DNA from: Toensbergia leucococca
Lineage: Eukaryota
Length of the DNA stretch: 64,000 nt
Reading direction: 5' to 3'
Assembly: GCA_022813965.1 (NCBI GenBank)
Contig: JALDZS010000005.1
Location: 62,001-126,000 of the forward strand
The notes under the pieces were generated by a model that did no database searches, was not told the DNA's origin, and saw nothing but the letters and a program-made list of their open reading frames with translations. Positions 63,701-64,000 of this stretch are shown piece by piece (within the stretch, counting starts at the first letter, position 1; the number at the start of each line of letters is the position of its first letter). The position numbers were made by a program, and so were the translations under genes.

Positions 63701-64000
63701 GTCGTCCGTCATCTCGAGCATACGCCGCTACTTTTGCAGCGTATAATGAAAGAATGTGATTGACGATGGCTTCTGGAGCCTCTGTTTGAAAATACATGTC
63801 GTCGATACCGAGCTCGTTGTAAAACCAATGGGTCTCGGATTCGACAAACTCGGGAGGTATGAAGCCCTTCTCTTCGATCTGGTCCATTACTATAGAAATA
63901 TAAATTAGCACGATTTCATAGAATAACAAGAGAAAAGGATGAGGAATAGAGGTTCACCCTGTTCCATCTGCAGCTCTTTGCCCTCGAACTTGGGCGCATC
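60780..64000 (-). CDS. GDH2: NAD-specific glutamate dehydrogenase (5' end outside window); exons >64000-63958, 63889-61059, 60992-60892, 60834-60780
   Basis: GFHLRFRDIARGGIR, QQRKNKDIPEGGSKG, GPDENTA, TGGPDGDLGSNE, IVEGANLF, KDASANKGGV. Confidence 0.96.

Overview
Eukaryotic, intron-containing DNA from a filamentous ascomycete (Pezizomycotina; the species cannot be fixed from sequence alone). It is a gene-dense housekeeping block with about 21 spliced genes: GYP1 (partial), DIM1, PRP6, ADA1/HFI1, an ArAE/FUSC-type membrane protein, AIP1, RSM18, CIA84, IMP3, WEE1, VAC7, TAF1, TGS1, GRH1, PDI1, a STIMATE/DUF3661 protein, SF3B6, a HAD hydrolase, an Argonaute, JHD1 and GDH2 (partial). Several structures are not explained by these genes. 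(1) A 1.33-kb non-autonomous DNA transposon with 57-bp TIRs, a near-perfect 8-bp TSD and a nested ~150-bp inverted repeat sits in the RSM18/CIA84 shared promoter. (2) An 80-bp hairpin MITE with a 3-bp CGA TSD splits an orphan pseudogene; its removal restores the frame, and a degenerate sister copy lies upstream. (3) Long, in-frame, stop-free candidate introns (exitron-like) occur in the divergent neighbours VAC7 (264 nt) and WEE1 (243 nt). (4) The Argonaute keeps its catalytic DEDD tetrad and has a tandemly amplified RGG N-terminus. (5) Sharp C-rich to G-rich strand-skew switches recur. No tRNA, rRNA or CRISPR array was seen. Gene names come from recalled family motifs and exon boundaries were read by eye; no search was run.
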